From: Ancylonema sp. | Lineage: Eukaryota | Direction of reading: 5' to 3' | NCBI GenBank assembly: GCA_050230475.1 | Contig: JBFLGF010000223.1 | Span: forward strand, 62,001 to 91,972 | DNA length: 29,972 nt | Part shown: piece after piece, positions 1 to 13,289 of the stretch | Position numbering within the stretch: position 1 is the stretch's first letter | Layout of the letters: each line of letters starts with the position of its first letter | Program-made: the position numbers and the translations under genes | The notes under the pieces: model-generated | Told to the model about the DNA's origin: nothing | The model's database searches: none | What the model saw: only the letters and a program-made list of their open reading frames with translations

Positions 1-857
1 ACGCTGGCGAGAATGTTGAGCAAGTTCTGGAAGGGACGTTCGAGGAACTTTCCACTGACAGCCGAGTTCAAGCCAGGAGGGAAGAACTGAAATTGGCGTG
101 GGAGGTGCGAGCTACACGCCTCTTCTCTCCATCTCTGCGTTCGCTGTGTCCAGGACCGTTGACCGTTGACCGGACCAACGGCGGGGGTCGGTGGGTTTGT
201 GCAGGCGGGAATGGAGTCCGGCGCAATGCACAAGGTCTTGGAGCGCCACCCCTTCCAGGACCTCAAGGCAGACCTCTGCCAGCTGGCAGTAGGAGTTGAG
301 GCCAAGCTGCCGCCCCCCGTGCTGCACAAGGTGATTCCACGGCAGGATGTTGACGATGTGTGCGAGCATGGGCGGCATGGTGCTGACGATCGCGCGTGTG
401 CTCCACAGCTGTTCGAGGAAGCGGAGCAGGGGTCAGTTGCGAAGCACCTCGCAGCTCGTCCAGTGCCGAGACCGAGATCGAGAGCGAGTTCAGAGGTGGT
501 GGCATTGCTCATCTCCATCGCGGCACAAGAGCTGCAGAGAAAGGTGAGGAAATGCGGCAGGCCTCATGGGTCTACTGCTACGAACCACGCAGCCTCTTTT
601 TTCGGTTGGGGCAGGGAGGCAGCATTGCCCCCCCGGCAGGAGGTCGATTCGTCGAAGAAACACAGCTGGCAGCCAAAGACGAAAAGGAGAAAAGGAGATT
701 AGACGTAGAGATTTTGAAGCTGAGGGTGGATCTGATGAAGAATCTTCCTTCCTCACAAGCGGAGGCGGAGGTGAAGCAGCGCCGGCTGCAGGAGCTGCAG
801 ACCACTCTCCACCTCATCACAAGTGGAATACAAGTATTAAAGCAGGTGGCACTGTGA
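1..857 (+). CDS. 3' part of a spliced gene, unknown protein with C-terminal coiled-coil (5' end outside window)
   Basis: Exons <3-104, 205-543, 615-857 joined by phase-0 introns (GAG|gtgcga..gtgcag|, AAG|gtgagg..gggcag|). Gives an open frame AGENVEQVLEG...AGMESGAMHKVLERH...GGSIAPP...EKEKRRLDVEILKLRVDL...LQELQTTL...KQVAL*. No family recognised. Confidence 0.7.
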
Positions 858-2558
858 GAGAGCGCCTGCCAGAGCCGGCTGCCATGAGAGCATTTGCTCA
901 AGGGGCTCAAAAGTGACGATGAGGGTTGGAGGGAGATGGAATCAAGGCTTGTGGTTCATATCTTCACAATGGTACCGAGAGTCTGCCTGCTATCGTAGCT
1001 TCAGTGACGAGCAAAATACCCTTTGAGATATGATAGACACAAAGGTGGCGAACATCAATCACCACTTCTTATAAGAGTATCTAGCCCACAATTCTGGGCA
1101 GAAGACTACAAAGTGAGACGAGAACGCCATGCAGCAATGTTGGCGGGTAGAACCCAAACTTGTTCATAACCACACACGCCTTGCTCATCTACTCATAGTG
1201 CGTCCTATAATTCTCACCAACGCGTGCGTGGTTTGAAGTTTGGAAAATGAAAGAACATTATGTGCAGCCGTACTACTTGTATCCAAACAGCGAAGTGTTT
1301 GATCGAAGTGCTTTAGTTAGTTGACGACAAGTTCTTCGGGTTCAAGTAAATTGTCAATGGACAAGCAACTTCACGATGATCGGTTGGTTTTCCTTCAGAT
1401 GGTCCTATTGCGTCGATAAAATGTATGCTTCATGCATACTTTTTATGCTTTTGTACACTTTGAGAGTCAAGCAAGCTAGTTTTGAGCTTTACAATGAATA
1501 TTTTGCGCATGTGTAACAATTGATGTAAGGAAATCCATCGATGTGTCGTTGAGCTGAGTTTGGATACAATTCATGAAGGTCAACCACAAAATGATTTGCC
1601 TAGATCTACGTGATGTCTACTACACGGAATATGACTTGCATTCCTTGGTTGAAACAAGAACAATATCATTTCCCAGATAAGACCATGGGAGTCTTTAGAT
1701 GAGACACATTGTCAAATGTGTTCGTTATGATCGGGGAGTGTACATTGTCATTGTGTGGTATGCATCATTAGACAAAATCAATGCATATGACCCATCATAG
1801 ACATCAAGTTTGTTTTAACGAGACTAGCAAGCCATCAACAAATTTAGGTATGGTTCCAGAAATCTTGCCTAACACATCACGGTCGAAAATACTCCAATCA
1901 GTTTTTGAATGTTGTTATACGTGGTTGTGTTTTGAACAATTCGAAGCCTCTAGCTTGTGTGAGCTTGTCATTGATTCATTCATTGATCACCGATGATTTC
2001 GGTGACTTGAGAAAATGACAACAATTATCGTGGGACTCCAAGTCCTTAACACTCCATCAACATCATAACAACATGGAACACTGAATTCCTCTTCAATTGA
2101 ATTCAGAAAAGTGTATAACGTGTCGAAATATCCTTAAATACCGATTACCGCCTATATCAACATACCAAAATACTAGGGAAAATAATATGCCAAAAAATGG
2201 ATGGACGTATATAAATTGATATCCAACTTTGCGATGAGATCTATAAAAAAACTAAGAAATCATAATAATTACAAAAATGCACACATGTCACTTTCGTGCG
2301 AGTGCTTACAATATTAAAATTTTGAGAAATTGAACGTAACAATCCTACTCTTAATTTCTTGTCTCATATCTTCACTTTACTTCCTTATGCACAGTCGAGA
2401 GAATTCTATATTACAAAACATGAAAAGTTACATTAAAAGCGAATCTACATATTTTCAACCTCAGACTTTCCTCACATTACAAATATGGGTCACACAATAT
2501 ACCGGCAATGGTTTCATCGCTTACATTGCCTCTTTGGTATAATTTGGTTGGGGCGGCC

Positions 2559-5500
2559 TCAAGAAATTCGAAACGGCTCATGCAGCACAGACTCGTCTCC
2601 ATTTGCTAGCAAGCTTGTCGTGGGTGCGTGACCGGGAGAATCTACAGGCAGCCAATGGAGCGTTGCCGAATAATCATGATACGAGTAATTGTCGTCTAAA
2701 TTCCCATTTAACAAGTCACCCCGGTTTGTTCGCGACAAAGAAATTTCCGAGTCGGAAACGGAGGAGCCAAGCACGGATCCTGCGCCACTAGTAGCCATTC
2801 CTGCGCTGTTCAAACTCTCTATCATCATTTTCGCCACATCTCGCATGGTTGGGCGGAGAGAAGCTTGGTCCTGCAACCGACATTAGGCACGGACCAACCG
2901 ACATTAGGCACGGACCAAGGAACTCCGTCAAATGCGAACTTGAGAGAGCGTGCTAGAAATACGGAACATATCGATGACAAGAAGAAATTGAAGAAATTGT
3001 GAGCTTATTATCGATGTTTACCTCACACTACAACAATCTACCAAATCTATGAGTAGAAACCAAACTATGCTCCCTCACCATTCCACAATACTCATTACTA
3101 ATCATGTCTGTGTTTATTCACAAAAGATAGCAACACATTGACCAATGCGGTGGGAGGAGAGTACATTCCATTACCTCTACACACACTCGAGCGATGTCAC
3201 ATAGAGCTAGAAGATCCTCGATATCGAAGTCGCCTTTCAGTGCTGGGTCGACCAACAAAGGCATCTTTTCCACGTCACATAAATATTCCTCTGCCTGCAC
3301 TCACGTGTCAAGAGGTGTCATTATTATTGATTCACCAAAGAATTGACCAAAGAATTGACCAAAGAATTGACCAAAGAGCAATAGGGGCCCTCGCTCGGCA
3401 TCGATACAACAAGAAATCACTTCATATACCGAAATTAAAAACCCGTGGGATACTTACCCAGTAAGCCAATGGTTGGCATTCATGGATCGATTTTTGGCCC
3501 GAAATCAGCTCTAGAAGGACCACTCCGTACGAGTACACGTCAGATTTGTCTGACAACACCGACGTGCACACATACTCCGGGTCCAGATACCCGAATGACC
3601 CCCGAATCGCTGTAGCCGTCAATATTAGGTCGTCCGATCCTCTCCAACTGCCTGGAGCCTCCTTACACAAACCAAAATCTGCCACCTTGCAGTAGCCGTC
3701 TTCGGATAAGAGAATGTTGGCGGATTTTATGTCTCTGCACATTCAAATGCAGATCGAATTCAAATACTCATACATAGAAGCAAATCGATAGAGCGATGTT
3801 AGCAATAGATATTGTAAATAAAATTGTTCCACATCATTGACTTCAATTTGCACAAAGACATTTGATGCAATTAGGGTCGATGCATGGGAAACACGTGTCA
3901 AATAATTGATGGTTTCACGAATTCCTCACGTTATGTGATACCATGCATGCATTTAACGAAAACACACCCATGTATAGAATATCAACAGTACAAGTCACTA
4001 GCAAGCAATAAGGGCTCTACTGATGTAAGCCAATACTTCACCATATGTTACTAATACCATGTCTAAGCACTTTAGAGGACGCGTGAAGATAGGGGTCACG
4101 TTAGCTCGATAGATCGATAGTTCAATATAAGAAGAAATTGAGTGAGTGTCGCTGTTACCGATGGATGAGAGGAGGGTCGGCTCCATTGTGAAGGTATTCG
4201 AGCCCAAGAGCGACATGGATCGCAATCTTCATGCGACTGTCCCATGGCAACGGAAACTGCCGCGAAGTTGCGCCTGTTGGAATTGAGAGACACCATCTTC
4301 TTACTTTTCCCGTTCTGGATGTCCCTTTCCACACAGTTGAGCTCATAGAACATACTCTTGTTCTTTATCGAATCATTTATGGTTTTATTCACGTATCACT
4401 TATTCACGCAAAGTGTGTCGCGTATCATTTGAGACATATGCGATCGATTTCCACCCATGTGGTAGAACACCTCTCATACCTTTCGATTTCTTACCCCCCT
4501 CCCATTAAATCTATCTCCAGTCCTTCCTCCGTTCCTCCTCACCTTCATTCCATGCCTCTCTCTCTTTCCATCTTTCTCGCATCATTATTTACCCCCGCTT
4601 TACCGTGGAGATGCTCGTACAGGGAACCCATGGCCATGTATTCGTACACCAACATTCGCTCGCCCTTCTCCGCACAAAACCCCACCAGGTTCACCAAATG
4701 CCGGTGGTGCAGACGCGAGAGCAGCTCCACCTCTCGAATGAACTCCAAATCGCCCTGTGTGGACAGAGCATCGAGGCGCTTCACTGCCACAATAGAACCG
4801 TCTTTGAGAACCGCCTTGTATACGGTTCCATACCCACCCTTCCCCAGGATTAGGTTGAAATCGGTTGTCGCGTGGCGGAGTTCGGTTAAGGAGAAAGGGG
4901 TAACCGTTCCTGTGAGGACAGGATGTTGGAGGGAGGGAGAAACGAGTTTTTAAAAAATCCAAAAGAATGTATCTTGGATTGTTAAGACTCCAAATGTTGA
5001 TGTTAACCGTATCACGTTAGTCGATTGTTACATAACAAATTACCCTAAGAGCCTTAACTGATAACGCACGAAATTGGCGCACAATACGAATGAAATTTTG
5101 AAGGACACAATCAAAATAATGTCATTGCACTTGTAATGCTCGTCGTATCTCCGACCTCCAAAGTTTCGACTTTCCCTCACTTTTTTTGCGTCACTATTCT
5201 TTTTCCAAATCCCATGTGCCAACCACTCACGTCGTATGTTTTTGCCAAACACGTGCTTCAAATCCCCTCTCCTCCGTGAGCGGTTGTAAAAAAATGCGAA
5301 GCATGCTAACACGAGCACTAGAAAGAACGCAACGACGATAATGATGACGATGACAAAAGGGGAGGAAAAAAAAAATCCCGGATCGGAATGTATCTTAAAT
5401 CCTGCAAAAACAAATGAAGCAAAAACAAAGCAAATGAGGCAGTCATTTCTCCACGCAATACAAACTACGCTTTTTAGAGATGTGTTTCTCATGTCGGAGT

Positions 5501-8500
5501 TATGATTGAACAAAGAGACGAAGTGTGCGATAGTCCTTCCTTCGTCGCGAAGTCACGGCCATTCATGGAGAATACCCTAAGGATACCCTAAGGAGACCAT
5601 AAGGTAGCCTAAGGATACCATAAGGATATCATACGGATACCCGCTAACCTGGAACATGGGTTAGGTAGAATTTAGAGCAATCGGTGGTTGTTCTCATGGA
5701 GGTATTCAACGCTCCAAAGCCGATGAAACAATTCGTTTGGTACCTGCGAGATTGAATCTTACCTTTCATCAAACCATGTATAAATAAGGCAATAGGACTA
5801 TGAGGCACAAAACCAAAATATATGTGTGCAGAAACCTGCCTATTGTTTTGAAACAAGTAAGCCTTCCCCGAATCGTATCATTGAATCGGAGCCACATTCA
5901 CATGAGACTAGAAACACGTCAATTCATGATGATTGCTTAGAGTTCAAAGTCGACTCCTGATACCCATTCTTTATCAACACACCATCATCAATTGGCCCAA
6001 GGTTGTATTCATTTCATTGGGATGGAAAAGGCAAAAACGTTAAATTGATTTCTTCATCTTGCAATCGCACGTAAGTATCACGTACGCCGTTGTCAAATAT
6101 TTTCGATTGGGGGGGGCAGGCGGAATACTCCCGTTGATGTAATTGAAGGACACGTCCCTGATAGAAGGTAACAAAACATAAGATTTCATCAGAAACGAAT
6201 AGAAGAGAAGGTCAAAGAGTCCATTGATCGACAAAGTACTTGATGTGCAAATATTCTTCAAGCTTCAAACATAATCGGTTAAGATTTATCATGCCTTGCA
6301 CGCAAGTCTAACTTGATTTGCAATCTCATTGGTCAAGTGATTTGTATATAGAGGTAAAACAAATAATGGTGCAGGACTGACATACATACAATATTTGAAG
6401 GAGTGTCTCCCCAACCACCCTAAGTGGACACAAAAGCTACGAGCAACAAAGTAGAACCAATAACTCGTCACTATTGAGCACACCAAAGCTGCCTCACAAT
6501 TAGGAGCTAGGGGCGGAGGCATCGAAGGTTTTGGATTGACTTACACATAGGCCAAGCTGGGAGGATCCCATCGATTATCCGGTAGAGGTCCGTACATATC
6601 GTTTGATCCGAACTCTCTGCCACACAACGAATTTTGGAACTTTTAAATCCTCCTTTGTGATGTCTCTCGATGCACACAACATCCTTGTCGACATGATAAC
6701 ATTGGATACAACATCATCATTCCTTTATATGATGAATATAATATGAACTCTTTGGTCATATTAATGGCTCTATAACATTCTTGTGAACAATGCTAACGTC
6801 ATCATTGCGCTCAAGTTTCATATGGTACACAAATAATGATGATAAACACAATAAAAAATCCACTCCATTCTACAGACAATAGCCAAACTTTTTACGTTCA
6901 TTCCTGGTTTCTCGAGACACCCGTGCTTGCAAATGCTTGCCAAACTAGTTCTCCGACCTTAGCCTCGTGGTCAGAAAACAGATGGAAGTGATGCGGAGGT
7001 GATGCGGAGGTGTTTAGTGAACAATGAGCCGCCACAATGACCTACTATTGTTATTCTAATAATTATAATAATTCTAATAATTCTAATAATTCCAATAATT
7101 CTAATAATTCTAATAATTCTAATAATTCTAATAATTATAATAATTCTAATAAATCTAATAATTATAACAATTCTAATAATTTTAAAAATTCTTATAATTC
7201 TTATTAATCTCATAATTCTTATAATTCTGATCATTCTAATAATTCTAATAATTCTAATAGTTCTAATATTTCTAATATTTCTAATATTTATAATAATAAT
7301 ACTATCATTAGTCGACATATTCGACATACATAATACATCGATATTTTGGACATTTTTCCATATCGACATTCTTCTCCATATCGAGGTTCAGATTCAACAT
7401 TTCAAGACTTTGACCAAACGATGTGTCGATTTCACACGTGTGTGACTGCCAGACGGATGAATGAATGTTTGCAATAAGTTTCACACTTATTTCATACCAC
7501 GGACGGCATATCACACTCACAAGAATTGCAGTCCAGCAAGGAACCCGGTGAAGTTTGGGAACGGTCCCGAAAAGTTGTTGTGGCTAAGAATGAGTTGCTT
7601 CAGATTCGCGAGTCTTGAAAACGATGCAGACACCGATCCAGAGATCTCACACGAGGCAAGATTCCTGAAAGGGAAACCAACGTGGATCCAGCAGTGATCA
7701 TGAAGGAAAAGCGAAATGCGGAATGCGGTCTAGCTGTATGTGTGAACACTTCGACATTATCGAAATGAAACACTATGTGATGTCATGTCCGATGTCTCGA
7801 TCAACTTTTAGTAATCACAATTTTTTCATTTTTTAATTCGGCGATAACGATGCGAATCGCACTATCGAGGGTCGATTCTGCGTAGAAACCGTCCTAAGTG
7901 CTAATTCAACTCGAGCTGAATGAGAGAATGAAAAACTGGGTGCATTTGCCAGGGATTTAATTGTTGCGTACGTGGAGAGTTGAGGGTCATGCGCTCACAG
8001 GTAGTTCAGCTGAGTCATCTTCGACCAAGATTCTGGCAGGCTGCCGTTGAAGTTGTTCTGCCCGATATTTCTGCCGGGACAACAGAGCAGCATCGGAACA
8101 CCAAAAACATCGAATCCACAAAACGAAAGAGCTGAAATCCCCTGACGTTATGATGAGCCTCCTTCGCTAAACGACACACACGTGTGCATGAATCAAATCG
8201 ATGGCGCAGGCGTGCTAGACTCGAAACTTACATATTTGTGAGGCTTGTAGATTTCCCCAACTCTGCCGGTAGAGTCCCCGTCATCACGTTCTGGTACAGA
8301 TTCAACGTCCGCAGAACCTTCAGGGTGTCCATGTTTGACGGGATCGATCCACTTATCCTATTCTGGCTCAGATCCCTGAACGGCATCGCCGCATCAACAC
8401 GTTCAGCAGGTTTGACTACCAATTGCCATGTCGGTATGTGGTGGCAAAGAGCAAGTTATAGTTATCCACGTGTTCTTGTCAACCATGGACAGTGTCAATG

Positions 8501-10512
8501 CACATGTGATGTCGACACATTCGTCAAGAGCCTCTGTCTAAAGTAGCACTGTTGGCGATTATAGTCAGAACATTGTGAACACGTGCAGAGAACATCCGGT
8601 CAGTGCATGACGATCATCGTCTCATCTCGTATACGATTACCTGGAAGATGTACAATTACATGATTCCATGCCACCATCCCATATTTCGACAAACACCTCA
8701 AAATTGAATGAATTGAATAAATTGAGTCCGTGAGACAAGCCACAAAACATTGCTTCCTTAAATGCGGGGAAAAAGATGGCTGACTGATTCCTTTGTACGG
8801 AAAGCAGCAGATGAGCTCACAAGTAAGCGAGTCCGGTCGAGTTTGTGGACATGTTTATGATCGACGCTGGAATCGTGCCGTTCAGATTGTTGTTTGCGAG
8901 GCTCCTGCCATTTTGGAGCAGAAGGAAATATGAATAAACTTTTAACAAGAAAAAATCGTTGAAACTCCGCCATTATATGCCTAATCGCCCCAGCGGTTCC
9001 TGAAAGAAATCATATCGACATCTTCACAGCAGTCTTCATATGGTCATCTCATCGACAAGAAAACATTCAAAAGTGAAATCAAATAAAATTGCATTCTCAA
9101 GTAATGAATTTACTATCGACTTTTCAGAACGTACAGATGCTGAAGACAGATCATGTTGTCGATGTTATCTGGCACCGCCTCTCCGTACAGATTGTTACTG
9201 GACATAGACAGGTAGCTCAATTTCGACAATTTCGTGATCTGCTGCCACGGAATGGCGCCAGCGATTGGTCCGTACACTCCTGGGATTCCCTTGGCGAACG
9301 AGGCGTTGCCAGGTGGCAATATCCCTCCAGCGGCATTCTGGCCTGAATCTGGATAGGAGTAAGCCTCCGAATCTAGCTGCCTGAACAGCAAGGCACGTCT
9401 TGTCCACACTATTCAGTGTACCACATTGACTGATTTTACAATCGATGACGTGGCAGCTGCGTACACGGTGATAGATATTCACTTTTACAGCGAACGATTC
9501 CAGATGAGGAATGCATGGTTTTAGATGGCTAAGATAAGATAAGATCAGATAGAATGTGAGATGTAAGATATAAGATTCGAATCATGCAATCGAATGGATT
9601 TCAAAACGTCGATATTCTCATTTTGAATTGCACATCAGATGCAGTTCTTACTCATTTACCACCACATCAACAGTGCAGATATGCATGTTCATGTATCGAT
9701 ACACGAGTGTGTGGTATCAGAGAATATATATACCACATTCATGTAGCAACAGGCACCCTTCATATAACAAAATCATATATCCATATGACAATTTTCAACC
9801 TCCAGATCATGTCCCCCGTGCGCGCATGGAGCTCACAAGTGACCTAAATGCAATCCATATATGATCCACTCACAAAAAAATTATGAATCCATCAGAGCAC
9901 TTGATATAGAACCAGGGGGCGGACTGGGAGCAAGGAAGCGTCTCATTATACGTCGACCCTCCTTCTTTTTCCGCCCATCCAATATCGCGGAAAAGTGGGT
10001 GGTTTCCAAACGCTGTCACAATGCTCAGCAGAACTTCCTCTGCATCATCAACATCCGAATATTAGCAAAATTAGAAAACAAAATAAAAAATGTATGTACA
10101 AAGAAAATTTTCGGATCTATCAGCTACAAATTCGATACCTTTGCAGTGCTCGAAGTTATATGGAAAGCAAGCACGCATGTAACAGATGCTGCCTAGACGC
10201 TTCCTAGACGCTTCCTATTCATGCGACCTCTGTTCAGAACTGTCAGTTTTCAGAAGAGATATGTGATTCAATATTTCGATAGCATATCTACAGAACTCCT
10301 GAATTATCTTCATATTTTTTGAAAAAACCATATAAAGTCTTGTGTATCTCGACCCTGCCCCCCTCACTCTCCGCCAGCTGCTGCTCTAGTGTTGCGGGCG
10401 GTCCCATGACTTGATCCACCGGTGATGGTTGTGACCAACAGGATGAGGCCACCGAGAGGGCATACACACACACTGCCAACACTTGGTATCTTTTTTGGGC
10501 CATCACATTCAT
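2559..10512 (-). CDS. Leucine-rich repeat receptor-like Ser/Thr kinase (RD type), 16 exons, 846 aa
   Basis: Exons 10512-10368, 10039-9874, 9380-9135, 8904-8821, 8375-8232, 8070-7999, 7664-7521, 6616-6545, 6157-6086, 5743-5649, 5401-5231, 4909-4604, 4273-4159, 3734-3458, 3294-3175, 2870-2559; all GT-AG, phases consistent, 2541 nt. Signal peptide, N-cap (PC..W.YIKC), plant LRRs ([22 protein letters not shown]), TM helix ([23 protein letters not shown]), kinase motifs [41 protein letters not shown]. Confidence 0.95.
2875..2918. repeat. Perfect 21-bp tandem duplication next to the last RLK splice acceptor
   Basis: AACCGACATTAGGCACGGACC twice. Confidence 0.9.
3333..3377. repeat. 12-bp tandem repeat, about 4 copies, intronic
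   Basis: (ACCAAAGAATTG)n; produces the spurious QRID repeats in ORF 3138..3464. Confidence 0.9.
5572..5642. repeat. Degenerate 11-bp minisatellite, about 6 copies, intronic
   Basis: Units GGATACCCTAA / GGAGACCATAA / GGATACCATAA / GGATATCATAC. Confidence 0.8.
7047..7305. repeat. AT-rich 9-bp minisatellite (AATAATTCT)n in RLK intron 7
   Basis: Direct reading; translates as spurious (IIR)n in ORF 6971..7369. Confidence 0.95.
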
Positions 10513-12224
10513 AGCTGCAACGGGGTAGCGTGATCGGTGTCAGAGTGAGATGCTCATGGAGGTTGGATGGGTGGATGGGAGGATGGGAGATGGGGGCATG
10601 GGAGGTTGCAATGGCCTTTGTCGATGACCAGGCTGCATTAGGGTAGCCTTTACTGTGCAAAAAATGGAACCAAAGCCCGCAATTTGCCACACACTGTTAA
10701 AGACCACATGACAGGATTATTTGTCATTTTGTCATCAGATCGAGAACATTGGAAAGAGTATGCGTGACGTGTATGCTTGTCGAAGCCACGCACGTAAGAG
10801 GCTGGCGGGACTTCAGACATTGATGCCATGATAACAAGAGGTAGAGACCTGAATCACTTATAAGAGGCGACCAGGAAGGTTCGGCTAGATAGTCCACATG
10901 ATTCTGAGGAGAGTGAAAAACAAGAGATGTAGGCAGCGAGACAGCACTGTACTCTAAGTGCTTGAAGTTGCCGCAGTATGGAGAAGTTGCGTCATTATCG
11001 GACCCGTCATCAACTGATTTCCTGATACAAAACGAGTCTGAGTTGCGTCAAAACTGCCCCTTCAACTCACGCACCAACTTATGTGGTCATGTGTCAGACC
11101 CTTGTTAGTTGAGCCCAACAGGCACGTGGCATAATGATGGCACCTAAGGCTTCAGACCATGAAGCTCTTCCCTGTTACTGCCACCCACTTCTTCCAAAAT
11201 AAAATCCCAGCTGTTGGTTGACACAGATCAGTATCCCCACCTGTTCGCCCAAAAACGGCTTGCCAACGAGACTGATGTAAGGGCAGGAGAGTCGCAAATA
11301 AATGGTATCGGAGCTGCTCGCAAGGGAGAAGAGGAATGGGACTGAGCTAATCATGCCCTCACGCGCTTATGCTGCATTAATAGCTTACCAAAAATATAAG
11401 CCCTCCTCTTGCATCAAGCACTGATTGAGTTCTTTGAGTTCGCGAGATTACGACCCAGACTAAGCAGCGATCCCATTCCGATTCTGCGCACACCAACGAG
11501 AGAATAAGAGAGGGAGAGACGCGAATGTGTGGGCCGCTATCAGCCAATCATTCAGCCTGGCGCAATCAACCCAGGCCACCTCCCGATGCACCAAATTCCC
11601 GCCACTAGCTACCTTGTGTCACTCGCGAGCAAAATTCTGCATTGCTAGGGCGGATATAGAGGACAAAAGGCAGTAATGAGGCAGATACTAATGAATGAAA
11701 CGGCCGTGCAGGATAGCAAACACGCGTAGTGCATTGATTCGTGATGAGCAAGCAAGCCAATGTTTGCCAGTGATCTGTACTATCTGTCACCATTGACTAG
11801 AGGCAAAGAAGCGGCTAGTGCTATACCCGTCTGAATCGTACAAAACTGCTCGCTGACCTACCCTCTGTGGCAACGAGCGCCCGCTCCGTACGGCGAGGCT
11901 CGCGTATTGCACTACTGCTGCTCCATTGGTGATGCACGCACACAGGAGCACGCAGGATACAAGTCAATAGGCGCGAGACGGTTAATTAACGGTTGGCCTT
12001 CTCACCAGCGACTGCTGGTCAACTTTGCGAGTCTGAGTGACACGTGGAAAGCGTTCTCAGTGGGCCTGCCGTTCCAGTCATACTTGAAGTCCTGTGACTA
12101 CCGTACGTTCTGTAACACTAACCATTTTCGTTGTAGTAACCATGGCTATTCTCACAGCCCAGGTACCTGAAACCTGTAACCTGTAAATATAAAAAGAAAA
12201 ACCCATCATTGTTATGAATAACGC

Positions 12225-12488
12225 GTCGCCGTCATTGTCAGCACATCTCTCTTGAACTTGACGTGTCGGAATCGCTGTAATCGCCGTGTCGCCGTATGGG
12301 CGAGTGTCTTGAGTGTCGGGTGTGCCGTGTCAAGCAAACATCCGACTGCGACATGCGACTGGAGTGATGACTCCGAGAAAACAAAGTCGAGCAATCGTCG
12401 AATATTCCACATCAGATATGCTAATATTGTCCAACATCCAATGAAAAGTTTGTGACTGGCGCCCTCGACATCCCACGGACTGCGACAG
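12225..12488. mobile_element. Remnant of a non-autonomous DNA transposon (hAT/MITE-like) with clustered GTGTCG/CGAC motifs
   Basis: GTGTC/GTCG motifs in the left half and CGAC motifs in the right half. CGACATCCC at 12466-12474 is identical to the right end of the element at 25749-25757. No TSD found. Confidence 0.4.
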
Positions 12489-13289
12489 AAGTATTAAGGT
12501 CAGCTCTTTTGATAACAGAAGTGCTTTTTCATATTTCTGTGTGTTAGAGAAATATTGACTGCCATCTATGATCAAACGACGTGCAACAAACAAGGTGCTT
12601 AGGTACTGGCGCAAGTTCCGATTACTTGTCTGCACGGGTCAGATTCAAGAGATAGTGGTAACATTGTAATTCTTGTTTTTTCAGACTTCGCATCCATTTG
12701 AATTGCTTCCTCGAAGGTACCCTGCTTTGGCTGCTCCCTTGGCTGCAACATTACATTGATTACCCCCATCATCTGCACCTAGTGGTTAATATCGAGCAGC
12801 CTACTGTGGTACATCTGTTTACCCTCACAGCTATTTACCCTCTTTACATTCAAAATTCGGCATACTCGTTCTACCTCGGTTTCCTGTTCCCTCCCTCGTA
12901 CCAGCTGGCCTGTTCTGCCACGATAACTTCTCAGACGCGACAGGCTCTACTCTGGATAGCCGCTGAGGACTACCATCCCCGAAGTAGTGAAAGACTTCCT
13001 TGTACAGACTGTCCTTATCATCAAATATTCTCTCTTCACTAACAGTCGAAGCAGCTAGTTTCAATCGCTGGTCCATCCTACACGTGCCACCATCTCTGAC
13101 CTCCACTTCATCACCCCCACCAACCCGCCATTTCCAGCACCCTGCCATTGATCGCCCCCACTTCCGGCTATCAAGCAACCTCATCCTCGCATCTTATCCA
13201 CTCTCTCTTTTCGCACCCCGTCGCGTATAGAGATACGTTCCAGTATCCGTAACCGTACTCGTACCTCTCACGTACCAGCGCAGTCCAGC

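Noticed and set aside
1200..2300. Possible decayed transposase between the first gene and the RLK
   Set aside because: No recognisable motif in the frames read.
4231..4953. 240-aa plus-strand ORF
   Set aside because: Antisense shadow of kinase exons 12-13; no independent coding signal.
11594..11603. E2F-like site ATTCCCGC
   Set aside because: Short motif that overlaps the uncertain left edge of block A.
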